From Cyanobacteriota bacterium (GTDB lineage: Bacteria > Cyanobacteriota > Cyanobacteriia > Cyanobacteriales > Nostocaceae), in assembly GCA_046045965.1 (NCBI GenBank), contig JBJOKS010000048.1, forward strand, positions 1 through 21,856: a DNA stretch of 21,856 nucleotides, written 5' to 3'. Shown here one piece after another: positions 1 to 8,698 of the stretch. The notes under the pieces are model-generated. The model did no database searches. It had not been told where the DNA came from and worked only from the letters and a program-made list of their open reading frames with translations. Every line of letters begins with the position of its first letter. The first letter of the stretch is position 1. A program made the translations under genes and the position numbers.

Positions 1-74
1 TTTTCAGAACGAAGAGCCTGTACTCATGATTTTTGCGGCTGGTAAGGCAATTTTCAGAATTTGGTTGGTAATAT

Positions 75-1073
75 ATGGAAGTTATTTTTAAGATTATTCG
101 GCAGCAACAAAACTCTGCTCCTGTTGTACAAACTTATCCTATGCAGGTAGAACCAGGTAATACAATCCTCGATTGCCTGAATCGAATCAAGTGGGAACAA
201 GATGGAACTTTAGCATTTCGCAAAAATTGCCGCAATACCATTTGTGGCAGCTGTGCTGTGCGAATTAATGGACGTTCAGCTTTAGCCTGTAAGGAAAATG
301 TTGGTAGTGAACTAGCTAGACTACAACAAATCCCATCACCAAAAAACCATCATAATACTATTCACGAAATTACGATCGCTCCTTTAGGAAATATGCCTGT
401 GATCAAGGATTTGGTCGTGGATATGAGCAGTTTTTGGGATAATTTAGAAGCAGTTGCACCTTATGTAAGTACAGCAGCGCGACAAGTACCAGAAAAAGAA
501 TTTTTGCAAACACCACAAGAGCGATCGCTTCTGGATCAAACTGGTAATTGTATTATGTGCGGTGCTTGTTATTCAGAGTGCAACGCCCGTGAAGTTAATT
601 CTGACTTTGTAGGTCCCCACGCTCTCGCCAAAGCATATCGCATGGTGGCAGATTCCCGCGATAGCAACACCGAAAATCGTTTAGAAAACTACAACGAAGA
701 TACTAAAGGTGTTTGGGGTTGTACTCGTTGTTTTTATTGCGACTCAGTTTGTCCAATGGAAGTTGCGCCATTAGAACAAATCACCAAAATTAAACAAGAA
801 ATTCTTGACCGCAAACAAGCAAGTGACAGCCGTTCAATTCGTCACCGCAAAGTATTGATAGAGTTAGTAAAAACAGGTGGTTGGATTGATGAACGCCAAT
901 TTGGTATCCAAGTAGTTGGTAACTATTTCCGTGATTTAAAAGGTTTACTCAGTCTTGCACCTCTCGGTTTAAGGATGCTTGTCCGGGGTAAATTTCCCCT
1001 TTTCTTTGAACCCTCACAAGGAACAGAACAAGTGCGATCGCTCATAGAATCTGTACAACAAACCGAGTCATAG
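75..1073 (+). CDS. sdhB: Succinate dehydrogenase/fumarate reductase iron-sulfur subunit
   Basis: N-terminal 2Fe-2S motif (FRKNCRNTICGSCAVRING...LAC), PLGNMPVIKDLVVD, and two ferredoxin motifs CIMCGACYSEC and CTRCFYCDSVCP. Confidence 0.95.
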   Translation: MEVIFKIIRQQQNSAPVVQTYPMQVEPGNTILDCLNRIKWEQDGTLAFRKNCRNTICGSCAVRINGRSALACKENVGSELARLQQIPSPKNHHNTIHEITIAPLGNMPVIKDLVVDMSSFWDNLEAVAPYVSTAARQVPEKEFLQTPQERSLLDQTGNCIMCGACYSECNAREVNSDFVGPHALAKAYRMVADSRDSNTENRLENYNEDTKGVWGCTRCFYCDSVCPMEVAPLEQITKIKQEILDRKQASDSRSIRHRKVLIELVKTGGWIDERQFGIQVVGNYFRDLKGLLSLAPLGLRMLVRGKFPLFFEPSQGTEQVRSLIESVQQTES

Positions 1074-1074
1074 G

Positions 1075-1177
1075 TACTGGGGACTGGGGACTGGTGATTG
1101 GTGATTGGTGATTGGTGATTGGGAAAAATTTATTACCCATTACCCATTACCAATTATGAATTATGAATTATGAATTA
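1075..1177. repeat. Heptamer STRR cluster (GGGACTG, GGTGATT, TTACCCA/TTACCAA, TTATGAA) between convergent genes
   Basis: Tandem 7-mers read directly; CCCCAGT is the STRR1 type of heterocystous cyanobacteria. Confidence 0.9.
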
Positions 1178-1699
1178 CCTTGGTTCTTGCGGGATATTCA
1201 ATTTTTCACCAAATCGGTCATAAAGTAAAATATCCCATTGCCCATTATTGCTAAACTCAAAAGCAATCTTACTACCATCAGCACTAATTGTAGGATTGCG
1301 GATTTCAGCTTGCAAATTAGCGGTTAAATTTCGTGATTGTCGTGTTTCTCTATCATAAAGAAAAACAGCAGATCGCCCCTGACGACTGGCAACAAATACA
1401 ACAAAACGGCCATCTTGAGTCACAGAAGGATGAGAAGCAATAGTATCAAAAGCATTTAAACCCGGTAAATCAACCAAATTCCGTGTCACCGTATCAAACA
1501 TATAGATATCTTGACTACCTCGACGGTCAGTAGTAAAAACAATATATCTTCCGGAAATCTGCGGATTTAATTCTGAAGCCAGACTATTTAGACCTCGACC
1601 ACCCGGATCAAAAGGATAACTTAATATACGTGGATAACCAAAACACCCAGTTAACAAACTTGAGCTTAAAAATAAAAGAATTGGTAATTTGTAATTCAT
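1175..1699 (-). CDS. TolB-like (PD40/WD40-like) beta-propeller lipoprotein
   Basis: Lipobox LLTGC after a hydrophobic stretch; about three blades (PQISGRYIVF, PSVTQDGRFVVF, PTISADGSKIAF). Confidence 0.85.
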   Translation of the reverse strand: MNYKLPILLFLSSSLLTGCFGYPRILSYPFDPGGRGLNSLASELNPQISGRYIVFTTDRRGSQDIYMFDTVTRNLVDLPGLNAFDTIASHPSVTQDGRFVVFVASRQGRSAVFLYDRETRQSRNLTANLQAEIRNPTISADGSKIAFEFSNNGQWDILLYDRFGEKLNIPQEPR

Positions 1700-1832
1700 A
1701 ATTCATAATTCTTAATTCTTAATTCTTAATTCTTAATTACTACCCAGTCCCCAGTCCCCAGTCCCCATTAAGTAGTCGTGCAAAATAAATTTTATATTTG
1801 GGAGAGGGAACAGGGAACAGGGAACGGGGAAC
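1693..1832. repeat. STRR arrays (AATTCAT/AATTCTT, CCCCAGT, GGGAACA)
   Basis: Tandem 7-mers in the spacer between the two TolB-like genes. Confidence 0.9.
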
Positions 1833-1898
1833 AGATAAGAACTACAGAGATTTTTGTTGGTTTCAAAAATGTTAAATTAATTTTGCTCAGGTACTTAC

Positions 1899-2459
1899 CT
1901 ACTGTGGTACAGTCACTGTTGCACCATTGGGAATATCTAACTCTACAGTCGGACCTCTGTCTAAAACTTCAATATCCCATTGTCCACGAATAGCAGATTC
2001 AAAGACTACATAACGTCCATCAGGACTGATATGAGGACTTCTGACCCAACCGCGATAGGTAGGAGTGAGGATTTGAGATTGTTTCATAGCGCGATCGTAA
2101 AGTGCTACCACAGGTCTACCTTGGTCACTAGTCAGGTAACAAATATAACGGCCTGTGTAGCTGAGACTGGGACTTTCAGCAATAGTTTCTCGGCGGTTTA
2201 AACCTGGGGTGGGAATAAAACTTTGCGTTTCCAAGTCGTACACCAACAATTGCTGATTACCATTACGATTAGAGACAAAGGCTAAAAAGCGTCCGTTTCC
2301 ACTTAAAGCTGGTTGTTCCTCAGTATAACGACTGTTGAGGGAAGAAACCCCCAGAGGAATATCACCACCACCACAAGACACAAGCAAACTGGTCAAACTA
2401 AAAACTAGGCTCCAATGAATACGTTTTTGGAGCCACAATATAGACCTAAATGTTTTCAC
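1899..2459 (-). CDS. TolB-like (PD40/WD40-like) beta-propeller lipoprotein
   Basis: Lipobox LLVSC; blades PALSGNGRFLAF, PSLSYTGRYICY, PHISPDGRYVVF; paralog of 1175..1699 (shared ...GQWDI C-terminal motif); GTG start. Confidence 0.85.
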   Translation of the reverse strand: MKTFRSILWLQKRIHWSLVFSLTSLLVSCGGGDIPLGVSSLNSRYTEEQPALSGNGRFLAFVSNRNGNQQLLVYDLETQSFIPTPGLNRRETIAESPSLSYTGRYICYLTSDQGRPVVALYDRAMKQSQILTPTYRGWVRSPHISPDGRYVVFESAIRGQWDIEVLDRGPTVELDIPNGATVTVPQ

Positions 2460-2517
2460 ATCAACCGCTTTCCGTTGCCTTTGAAACTACCATCACAATT
2501 AATTCACCCCAGATGTT

Positions 2518-3435
2518 TTAAATATCATCAAAGTCTGTTGAATTATCTGATCCCTCATTTGGCGTTTCAATTGGGTTATATGGTACATAGTCAGTCGGAA
2601 TAGCCTCATCATCTTCCCTGTTTCTGCGAGGAGATGAGTCAGCGGGTGGACGGCGCTTTCTGGGTCTGGGAGCAACATCATCCTGACGGCTTTCTGGGGG
2701 TTGAGGTCTGTTATTACTGCGACGTGACGGTTTTCTGACTTCCTCTTGGGGACTTTCCCAGTCATCAACTTGCCTAGAAACAGAACCCCAATTTTCCTGT
2801 TCATAGCTTTCACTAGGGCGACTTACTGAACGCTCAGAACTAGGACGACGTTTTCTTTCTCCTGTTTCTGGTTTTTCCCTAGTGTTACGGCGTTCTGTAC
2901 GGCGTGGGGGTTGATCTTCATAGTAGTTCTCACGGCTGGAACGCTCATCTTTGCTACCACGAATTCTGGCGCGTGGGGGACGTTCTTCTTCCTCCTCTTC
3001 CTCGTAATAAGGTAGGGGTTCTAAATCTGCATCCATTTCAGCTTGATAATTGCGCCGTTCAGAGTAAGAATATTTTCTGCTTACTTCTCGTTCATCGTCC
3101 ACAATTGGAGTATTACGTTTAGCTTGTTGAGTAGCAATACTTCGCAGACGAATACTTTCAACGGCAAAAAATACTGTAGAACCAACTAACAGCAACTGAC
3201 CAAATTGTAAAATTGGATCAAGTCGCCATCCTTGGAAGATGAGAATAAAACCACACAGTAAGCCTACAGCCGCAAAAAAGATATCTTGATCTCGTGACAG
3301 TTCGGGACGCACAGTGCGGAGAAAATATAGTGCTGCCCCAGCCACAGCCAGGAAAATTCCTAGAACACTGGCTGAGTTAGCCCCAAAATTTACCTGAGCC
3401 AAAACACTGGCTGAGTTCAGCCCAAAATTTATCAT
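2518..3435 (-). CDS. ycf66: Ycf66 family protein
   Basis: N-terminal membrane domain LYFLRTVRPELSRDQDIFFAAVGLLCGFILIFQGWRLDPILQFGQ followed by a charged R/E/P-rich tail. Confidence 0.93.
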   Translation of the reverse strand: MINFGLNSASVLAQVNFGANSASVLGIFLAVAGAALYFLRTVRPELSRDQDIFFAAVGLLCGFILIFQGWRLDPILQFGQLLLVGSTVFFAVESIRLRSIATQQAKRNTPIVDDEREVSRKYSYSERRNYQAEMDADLEPLPYYEEEEEEERPPRARIRGSKDERSSRENYYEDQPPRRTERRNTREKPETGERKRRPSSERSVSRPSESYEQENWGSVSRQVDDWESPQEEVRKPSRRSNNRPQPPESRQDDVAPRPRKRRPPADSSPRRNREDDEAIPTDYVPYNPIETPNEGSDNSTDFDDI

Positions 3436-3531
3436 TGCTCTTTTCCCAATATCAAATCTATGTTAGCGAGTCACAAATGAAATCACTATTTTAACTATTG
3501 ACAATATATTTACGCTTCAAAGCTGTTTACA

Positions 3532-3635
3532 GGGACTGGGGACTGGGAATTGGGGACTGGGAATAGAAGAAAGTTATTCTCCTCTGCTCCCCTGCTCCCC
3601 TGCTCCCCTGCTCCCCTGCTCCCCTAGCCCCTATT
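3532..3635. repeat. STRR arrays (GGGACTG; 8-mer CCCCTGCT x~5)
   Basis: Tandem repeats just downstream of psbX. Confidence 0.88.
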
Positions 3636-3637
3636 CC

Positions 3638-3757
3638 TTAATTGCGCTGGATTTTATCTTTCTGGCTAATGAAAATCAAACCAACAGTAGCGGGGATGAC
3701 CACAATAGCAGTACCCCAAACTAGACTCCAAAGAAAATTTGCTAAAGAGGGTGTCAT
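3638..3757 (-). CDS. psbX: Photosystem II reaction centre protein PsbX (39 aa)
   Basis: Manual translation MTPSLANFLWSLVWGTAIVVIPATVGLIFISQKDKIQRN*; below the ORF-track cutoff; psbX-ycf66 linkage is typical. Confidence 0.95.
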   Translation of the reverse strand: MTPSLANFLWSLVWGTAIVVIPATVGLIFISQKDKIQRN

Positions 3758-3975
3758 AATTCTCAACCTTTTTTTACACAGTTCATTTTAATTTTAATGG
3801 TGTATCACTTTCTTGAGAAGCCTTTACTTATTTATCCGTTATAAGTTACCAGTGAGAGAAAATGACGGCATTTGGTTACAATGAGAGAGAAAATGCTTTA
3901 CAAAGCTTAAAATTTCCTGGCTTGCGCCCCCAACTTCTTTTGATTTGATTTCTTCACAGATAGTAGCTCAAAGCC

Positions 3976-4269
3976 ATGACTGGTGTTAACCTGACTGTTT
4001 TGATTCTCGGTCCCGTTTTGGGAGTGATGACGTTTTTGTTTATTTTCCGCATTATTCTCACTTGGTATCCCCAAGTAAATCTCAATCGGTTGCCTTTTAA
4101 TCTCATCGCTTGGCCGACTGAACCATTTTTAGTGCTGTTGCGAAAGCTTGTACCCCCCATTGGTGGGGTAGATATTACCCCTATTATTTGGGTTGGTATT
4201 TTCAGCCTAGTCCGAGAAATTTTGCTAGGTCAGCAAGGATTACTGACCATGATGGCGCGTGTTAGTTAG
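3976..4269 (+). CDS. YggT/Ycf19 family membrane protein
   Basis: FIFRIILTWYP...TEPFL...RKLVPPIGGVDITPII signature. Confidence 0.92.
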   Translation: MTGVNLTVLILGPVLGVMTFLFIFRIILTWYPQVNLNRLPFNLIAWPTEPFLVLLRKLVPPIGGVDITPIIWVGIFSLVREILLGQQGLLTMMARVS

Positions 4270-4376
4270 GAGGCAGGAGTCAGGAGGCAGGAGGCAGGAG
4301 GCAGGAGGCAGGAGGCAGGAGGTATGGGGGATTTTTTCCCTGTTCCCTGTTCCCTGTTCCCTGTTCCCTGTTCCCT
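4269..4376. repeat. STRR arrays GGAGGCA and CCCTGTT between convergent genes
   Basis: Tandem 7-mers; the purine-rich and pyrimidine-rich arrays are quasi-complementary. Confidence 0.9.
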
Positions 4377-4379
4377 AAA

Positions 4380-5726
4380 TCATTGCAATTTCATATCCTG
4401 TACAAAGCTGGTGTAAACATGACCCTGCAAAAACTGGGTGTTTTCCATGATTTTTTGATGAAATGCAATGGTGGTGGGTAGTCCAGTGATTGCACACTCT
4501 CTCAATGCTCGTTTCATACGGTTAATAGCTGTTGCTCGGTCGGGACCCCAGACAATTAACTTACCTATAAGCGAGTCGTAATAAGGGGGAATTTGGTAAT
4601 CTGTATACACATGAGAATCTATTCTTACTCCTGGTCCTCCTGGTGGGAGATAGCCGCTAATTTTACCGGGTGCTGGACGAAAATCGTGATCTGGATCTTC
4701 GGCATTGATACGGCATTCTATGGCATGACCCCGTAATATTACTTGGTCTTGGGTTAATTTTAGTCTTTCACCTTGAGCAATGCGAATTTGCTCAACTAGC
4801 AAGTCTATACCAGTTACCATTTCTGTGACTGGATGCTCAACTTGAATGCGGGTGTTCATTTCCATAAAGTAGAATTTACCCGATTTATCTAGGAGAAATT
4901 CGATAGTTCCTGCCCCAGTGTAGTTAATGAATTGAGCTGCTCTCACGGCGGCTTTTCCCATTTTTTCCCTTAGTTCTGAGTCAAGGGCGGGACTGGGGGC
5001 TTCTTCTAGTAACTTTTGGTTACGGCGCTGAATTGAACAATCTCTTTCACCTAAATGGATCACATTACCGTAGTTATCCGCTAAGATTTGAAATTCAATG
5101 TGACGCGGACGTTCAATAAATTTTTCTATATAAACGCCAGCATTACCAAAAGCTGCTCCTGCTTCTCCTTGGGCTGCATGGAAAAGTTTGACAAATTCAT
5201 CTTCGGAACGGACAAGCCGCATCCCCCGTCCACCACCGCCCGCTGTGGCTTTAATCATCACAGGGTAGCCGATATCTTTGGCGATCGCCAACCCTTCTGC
5301 TTCTGTTTCTACTAAACCATCGCTACCGGGTACGGTGGGAACTCCGGCTTTTTGCATGGTTTCTTTGGCGGTGGACTTATCCCCCATCAAGCGAATAGCT
5401 TCCGGTGTCGGTCCAATAAAGGCAATTTGATGGTCAGCACAAATTTCTGCAAATCTGGCATTTTCGGACAAAAAGCCATAACCAGGATGAATAGCTGTAG
5501 CACCACGGGTTAAAGCAGCAGCGATAATATTGGGAATATTCAAATAACTTTTACCACTGGCTGGTTCGCCAATACAAACCGCTTCATCAGCCAATTGTAC
5601 GTGCAGTGCATTCCTGTCAACAGTGGAGTGAATAGCAACCGTCGAAATTCCCATTTCTTCACAAGCGCGGAGGATGCGAAGAGCTATTTCTCCCCGATTA
5701 GCAATTAAAATTTTGTCAAACTTCAT
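4380..5726 (-). CDS. accC: Acetyl-CoA carboxylase, biotin carboxylase subunit
   Basis: [62 protein letters not shown]. Confidence 0.98.
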   Translation of the reverse strand: MKFDKILIANRGEIALRILRACEEMGISTVAIHSTVDRNALHVQLADEAVCIGEPASGKSYLNIPNIIAAALTRGATAIHPGYGFLSENARFAEICADHQIAFIGPTPEAIRLMGDKSTAKETMQKAGVPTVPGSDGLVETEAEGLAIAKDIGYPVMIKATAGGGGRGMRLVRSEDEFVKLFHAAQGEAGAAFGNAGVYIEKFIERPRHIEFQILADNYGNVIHLGERDCSIQRRNQKLLEEAPSPALDSELREKMGKAAVRAAQFINYTGAGTIEFLLDKSGKFYFMEMNTRIQVEHPVTEMVTGIDLLVEQIRIAQGERLKLTQDQVILRGHAIECRINAEDPDHDFRPAPGKISGYLPPGGPGVRIDSHVYTDYQIPPYYDSLIGKLIVWGPDRATAINRMKRALRECAITGLPTTIAFHQKIMENTQFLQGHVYTSFVQDMKLQ

Positions 5727-5822
5727 TTTCTAGCTGTGATATTAGTACCAGTAGATTGACATTCTCTCCCATCCCGTTGAAATAAAGCTGTCGCATTACT
5801 GTAAATTCTCACAAATTTATGA

Positions 5823-5957
5823 GGGACTGGGGACTGGGGACTGGGGACTGGGGACTGGGGACTGGGGACTGGGAACAGAAAGCAGGGGAAGCAGGGGGAG
5901 AATAACTAATGAACAATTACCAATCACCAATTACCAATTACCAATTACCCATTACCT
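5823..5957. repeat. STRR arrays (GGGGACT x~7; CAATTAC)
   Basis: Tandem 7-mers between accC and the tRNA. Confidence 0.9.
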
Positions 5958-6045
5958 ATTCCCTGATTAAAACATTTGGGAAAATATTGGGAAAATATTT
6001 CCCATTATTGATTTTTTATGCTATATTATTAGTCTAGGCAACCGT

Positions 6046-6126
6046 GCGGATGTGGCGGAATTGGTATACGCGCACGCTTGAGGTGCGTGTGGCTTTGCCT
6101 TGCGAGTTCGAGTCTCGCCATCCGCA
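6046..6126 (+). tRNA. trnL: tRNA-Leu (anticodon GAG)
   Basis: Acceptor GCGGATG/CATCCGC plus discriminator A, D-loop GGAATTGGTA, anticodon arm GCACGC-TTGAGGT-GCGTGT, long variable arm, T-arm GCGAG-TTCGAGT-CTCGC; no encoded CCA. Confidence 0.96.
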
Positions 6127-6524
6127 TTTTTGCTTATGTTGGTAGAGACTATCTCTCACAAGTCAGCCCCACAGATAACTCAAGCTATTGACTCAAAATT
6201 TACTCACTAACCAACTGTACAACAGGTAAATTAAGTAAACAACCAATATAAATATACTATATACCTAAGTATCACTAATCACTTAGTATATGATTCGCGT
6301 TCGCAGCAATTTAAAACTGTCAGATGATATTGTTTTAGGTTATGAAAATCACAAAACAATGCATCAGCATCGGACAGCTATGCAAGCAAGTCCTCAAAAT
6401 TGCCAAAATTACCGTCACCACCAATTTATAAATTAAATTTATACTCACTTTTTACTCACTTGTTTACTAAGGTTAGAGTGAGTAAACCTTGAGTAACGCT
6501 ATAATCAGGCTTTGAGGTTGTAAA

Positions 6525-6549
6525 GTGGGTTTGAGTCCCATCACCCACT
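6525..6549 (+). other. Degenerate tRNA 3'-end fragment (possible att-site relic)
   Basis: GTGGG-TTTGAGT-CCCAT-CACCCAC forms a T-arm plus acceptor strand; 16/25 identity to 6102-6126 with compensatory stem changes. Confidence 0.5.
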
Positions 6550-6575
6550 TTCTAATTTATTTCTTGGTTTTCCAC

Positions 6576-6603
6576 AAGGTGATAGTTGAGATATCACCTT
6601 TTT
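6576..6603. terminator. Intrinsic terminator-like hairpin
   Basis: AAGGTGATA-gttgaga-TATCACCTT followed by more Ts on +; lies just past the WD40 gene stop. Confidence 0.65.
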
Positions 6604-6610
6604 GATAAAT

Positions 6611-8587
6611 TTATGGTTCCGGCTGCCAAATTTTGATTGTATTATCAGCACTACCACTAATTATCTTATTTCCATCAACACTGAAAGCGACAGAATGAAC
6701 AGTTGATGAATGTTCCTCAAGGGTATTGATCAATTCTTTAGTATACAGATGCCAAAGCTTAATTGTGCTGTCATGACTACCACTAGCTAGGGTTCTACCA
6801 TCAGGACTGAAAGCAACACTCGTTACTGCATCCGTATGTCCATCTAATGTGTAAATCAGTTCTCCTGTGGACAGATACCAAAGTTTAATTGTTTTGTCAT
6901 TACTAGCACTAGCGAAAATTTGATTATCTGGACTAATCGCTATACTGTTAACCACATCTGAATGCTCGGTAATGCTAAGAATCTCTGAGCCTTCTTGAAT
7001 ATTCCATATTTTGATAGTTTTGTCAGCATCACCGCTAATTAATTTTTGTCCATCTTTGGTGACTGCAACAGAATTAATATAATTTGTATGTCCAGTGAGA
7101 GTATGTATTAATTGTTCAGTGCTTAAGTTCCATATTTTGATAGTTTTATCCATGCTGGCCGTGGCAAAAAAATTACCATCAGGGCTAAAAGCGACGGAAG
7201 TTACACAACCAGAATGCTCAATAAAAGTTTTACTTTTTAAGCCATACCATAGTTTAAATGTTTTGTCATAGCTGCCTGTCGCAATGATTTTTCCATCAGC
7301 AGAAAAGGCGACTGAGGAAATATAGTTAGAATGACTATTTAAGCTGTTAAGCAATTCTCCAGTCTGGATATTCCAAATTTTAACATTTTTATCGGCACTG
7401 CCACTAGCAAAAGTTTGTCCTTGAGGATTGATAGCAATAGAAAAAACATAATTGGAATGAGCATAAAGGGTATTGACGCAATGCCAATTTTTTGGTTGTT
7501 CTTTTTGGATAGATGCTAATGTTTTCAATTCATGGTTATAAGCAGCCCTATATTGCTGGATAATGGCCTTGAGTTTTTCTAACATTTCATCAGTCCAGAT
7601 AGAGGGGAAATCTGAACTTAATTTAAATAACTGGGGTTTATAATTCGGATCAATATTCAAGTAATACCAATCTGCTAAAAATGCTGCTAACAGCTTGTGC
7701 AGAATAACGATAGTCTGCCTAATTGCTCGTAAACTCTTGGTTTCATCATTACCATCTTCTTCAAGTTTTCCTTTAACTTCTTCCCAGTTCCAAGGTTCAA
7801 AAGATAAAGATACTGGTTCTTGAAGTCCCCAAAATCTGACATGAAAATAAACTTCATGATCTGTAATGTCAGTATAAATGATTGCGGTTGGTACAGCGGA
7901 TAGAATAGTTTCTAATTGCTTAACTTCAGCGTCAAAAATTGAACGTTCAAAGTATTTACCATAGAATTCGACTGGACATAAATCACCATGAAGGGGATAA
8001 TATTTTTCTAAAAATAGTTTGAGTTGGTTACGAATTTCTTTTTTGAGACTATCACGGAATGAAATAGGAAAGTCATCGCTAATATCTGGGGGTGGAACTA
8101 ACATCAATAAGCGAGGTTTCTTTTGTTCATCTATAAAAATTCTCTGTGCTTCATCACGACTTAAAATACCAGGCCACTTCTGTTGGTCAAAAAGTCCTTG
8201 AATCTCTTTTTGCTTCATGTCAATTTCTTTGGCCGTTGTCTTGCGACTTAAGTCTAGATATAATGTACTTAACTTACATCTATCTTCTATTTCTTCCCTC
8301 TTTAATTTAAGCAATATTTCTTCTGTTTCTGGTGTTAATATTACTTCTGTTTCTGCATCAATTGTTGTTTCTTGAATTTGCAAAAATTCTTTTCTTCTGC
8401 CTTCTCTGCGCTTATAATAATCGATTTCAGCTTGAATTATCCGCTGATCTTGTCTCAATTTTTGAATGGTTGTAGATAAATTAATTTTATTTTCTTTAAC
8501 AAAAGTTTGGCTGGTAAATGCTGCAACAATTCTATTCGTAGTTTGATTAACAAAATCGACAGCTGCATCAACAATTTCAAATGTCAT
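6611..8587 (-). CDS. WD40-repeat protein (7 C-terminal repeats) with a charged helical N-terminus and an uncharacterised middle domain
   Basis: Seven xH...V.SVAFSPDG..ASGS.DKTIK.W repeats in the last ~290 aa; E/K/R-rich helical N-terminus. Confidence 0.9.
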   Translation of the reverse strand: MTFEIVDAAVDFVNQTTNRIVAAFTSQTFVKENKINLSTTIQKLRQDQRIIQAEIDYYKRREGRRKEFLQIQETTIDAETEVILTPETEEILLKLKREEIEDRCKLSTLYLDLSRKTTAKEIDMKQKEIQGLFDQQKWPGILSRDEAQRIFIDEQKKPRLLMLVPPPDISDDFPISFRDSLKKEIRNQLKLFLEKYYPLHGDLCPVEFYGKYFERSIFDAEVKQLETILSAVPTAIIYTDITDHEVYFHVRFWGLQEPVSLSFEPWNWEEVKGKLEEDGNDETKSLRAIRQTIVILHKLLAAFLADWYYLNIDPNYKPQLFKLSSDFPSIWTDEMLEKLKAIIQQYRAAYNHELKTLASIQKEQPKNWHCVNTLYAHSNYVFSIAINPQGQTFASGSADKNVKIWNIQTGELLNSLNSHSNYISSVAFSADGKIIATGSYDKTFKLWYGLKSKTFIEHSGCVTSVAFSPDGNFFATASMDKTIKIWNLSTEQLIHTLTGHTNYINSVAVTKDGQKLISGDADKTIKIWNIQEGSEILSITEHSDVVNSIAISPDNQIFASASNDKTIKLWYLSTGELIYTLDGHTDAVTSVAFSPDGRTLASGSHDSTIKLWHLYTKELINTLEEHSSTVHSVAFSVDGNKIISGSADNTIKIWQPEP

Positions 8588-8698
8588 ATAAGTTATAAAG
8601 ATTAGAAAAATTAACTCTTAGTCAATTTTAACCGTTAATTTTCTCAACGTATCCGTATGCAGTAATTTTCCTTAGTAGCGATATGTGAAATTGCCCGT

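Noticed and set aside
1778..3122. Track ORFs 1778..1993, 1980..2201, 2415..2603, 2499..2813, 2904..3122
   Set aside because: Antisense or alternate-frame shadows of the TolB-like genes and ycf66, partly built from STRR sequence; no recognisable motifs
6474..6549. A complete second tRNA (76-nt span ending in the T-arm fragment)
   Set aside because: No convincing 5' acceptor strand, D-arm or anticodon stem, and the T-loop has TTT instead of TTC; kept only as a fragment
6611..8587. Absence of HIP1 as proof the WD40 gene is foreign
   Set aside because: Core genes of similar length here (prlC) also lack HIP1, so the signal is uninformative
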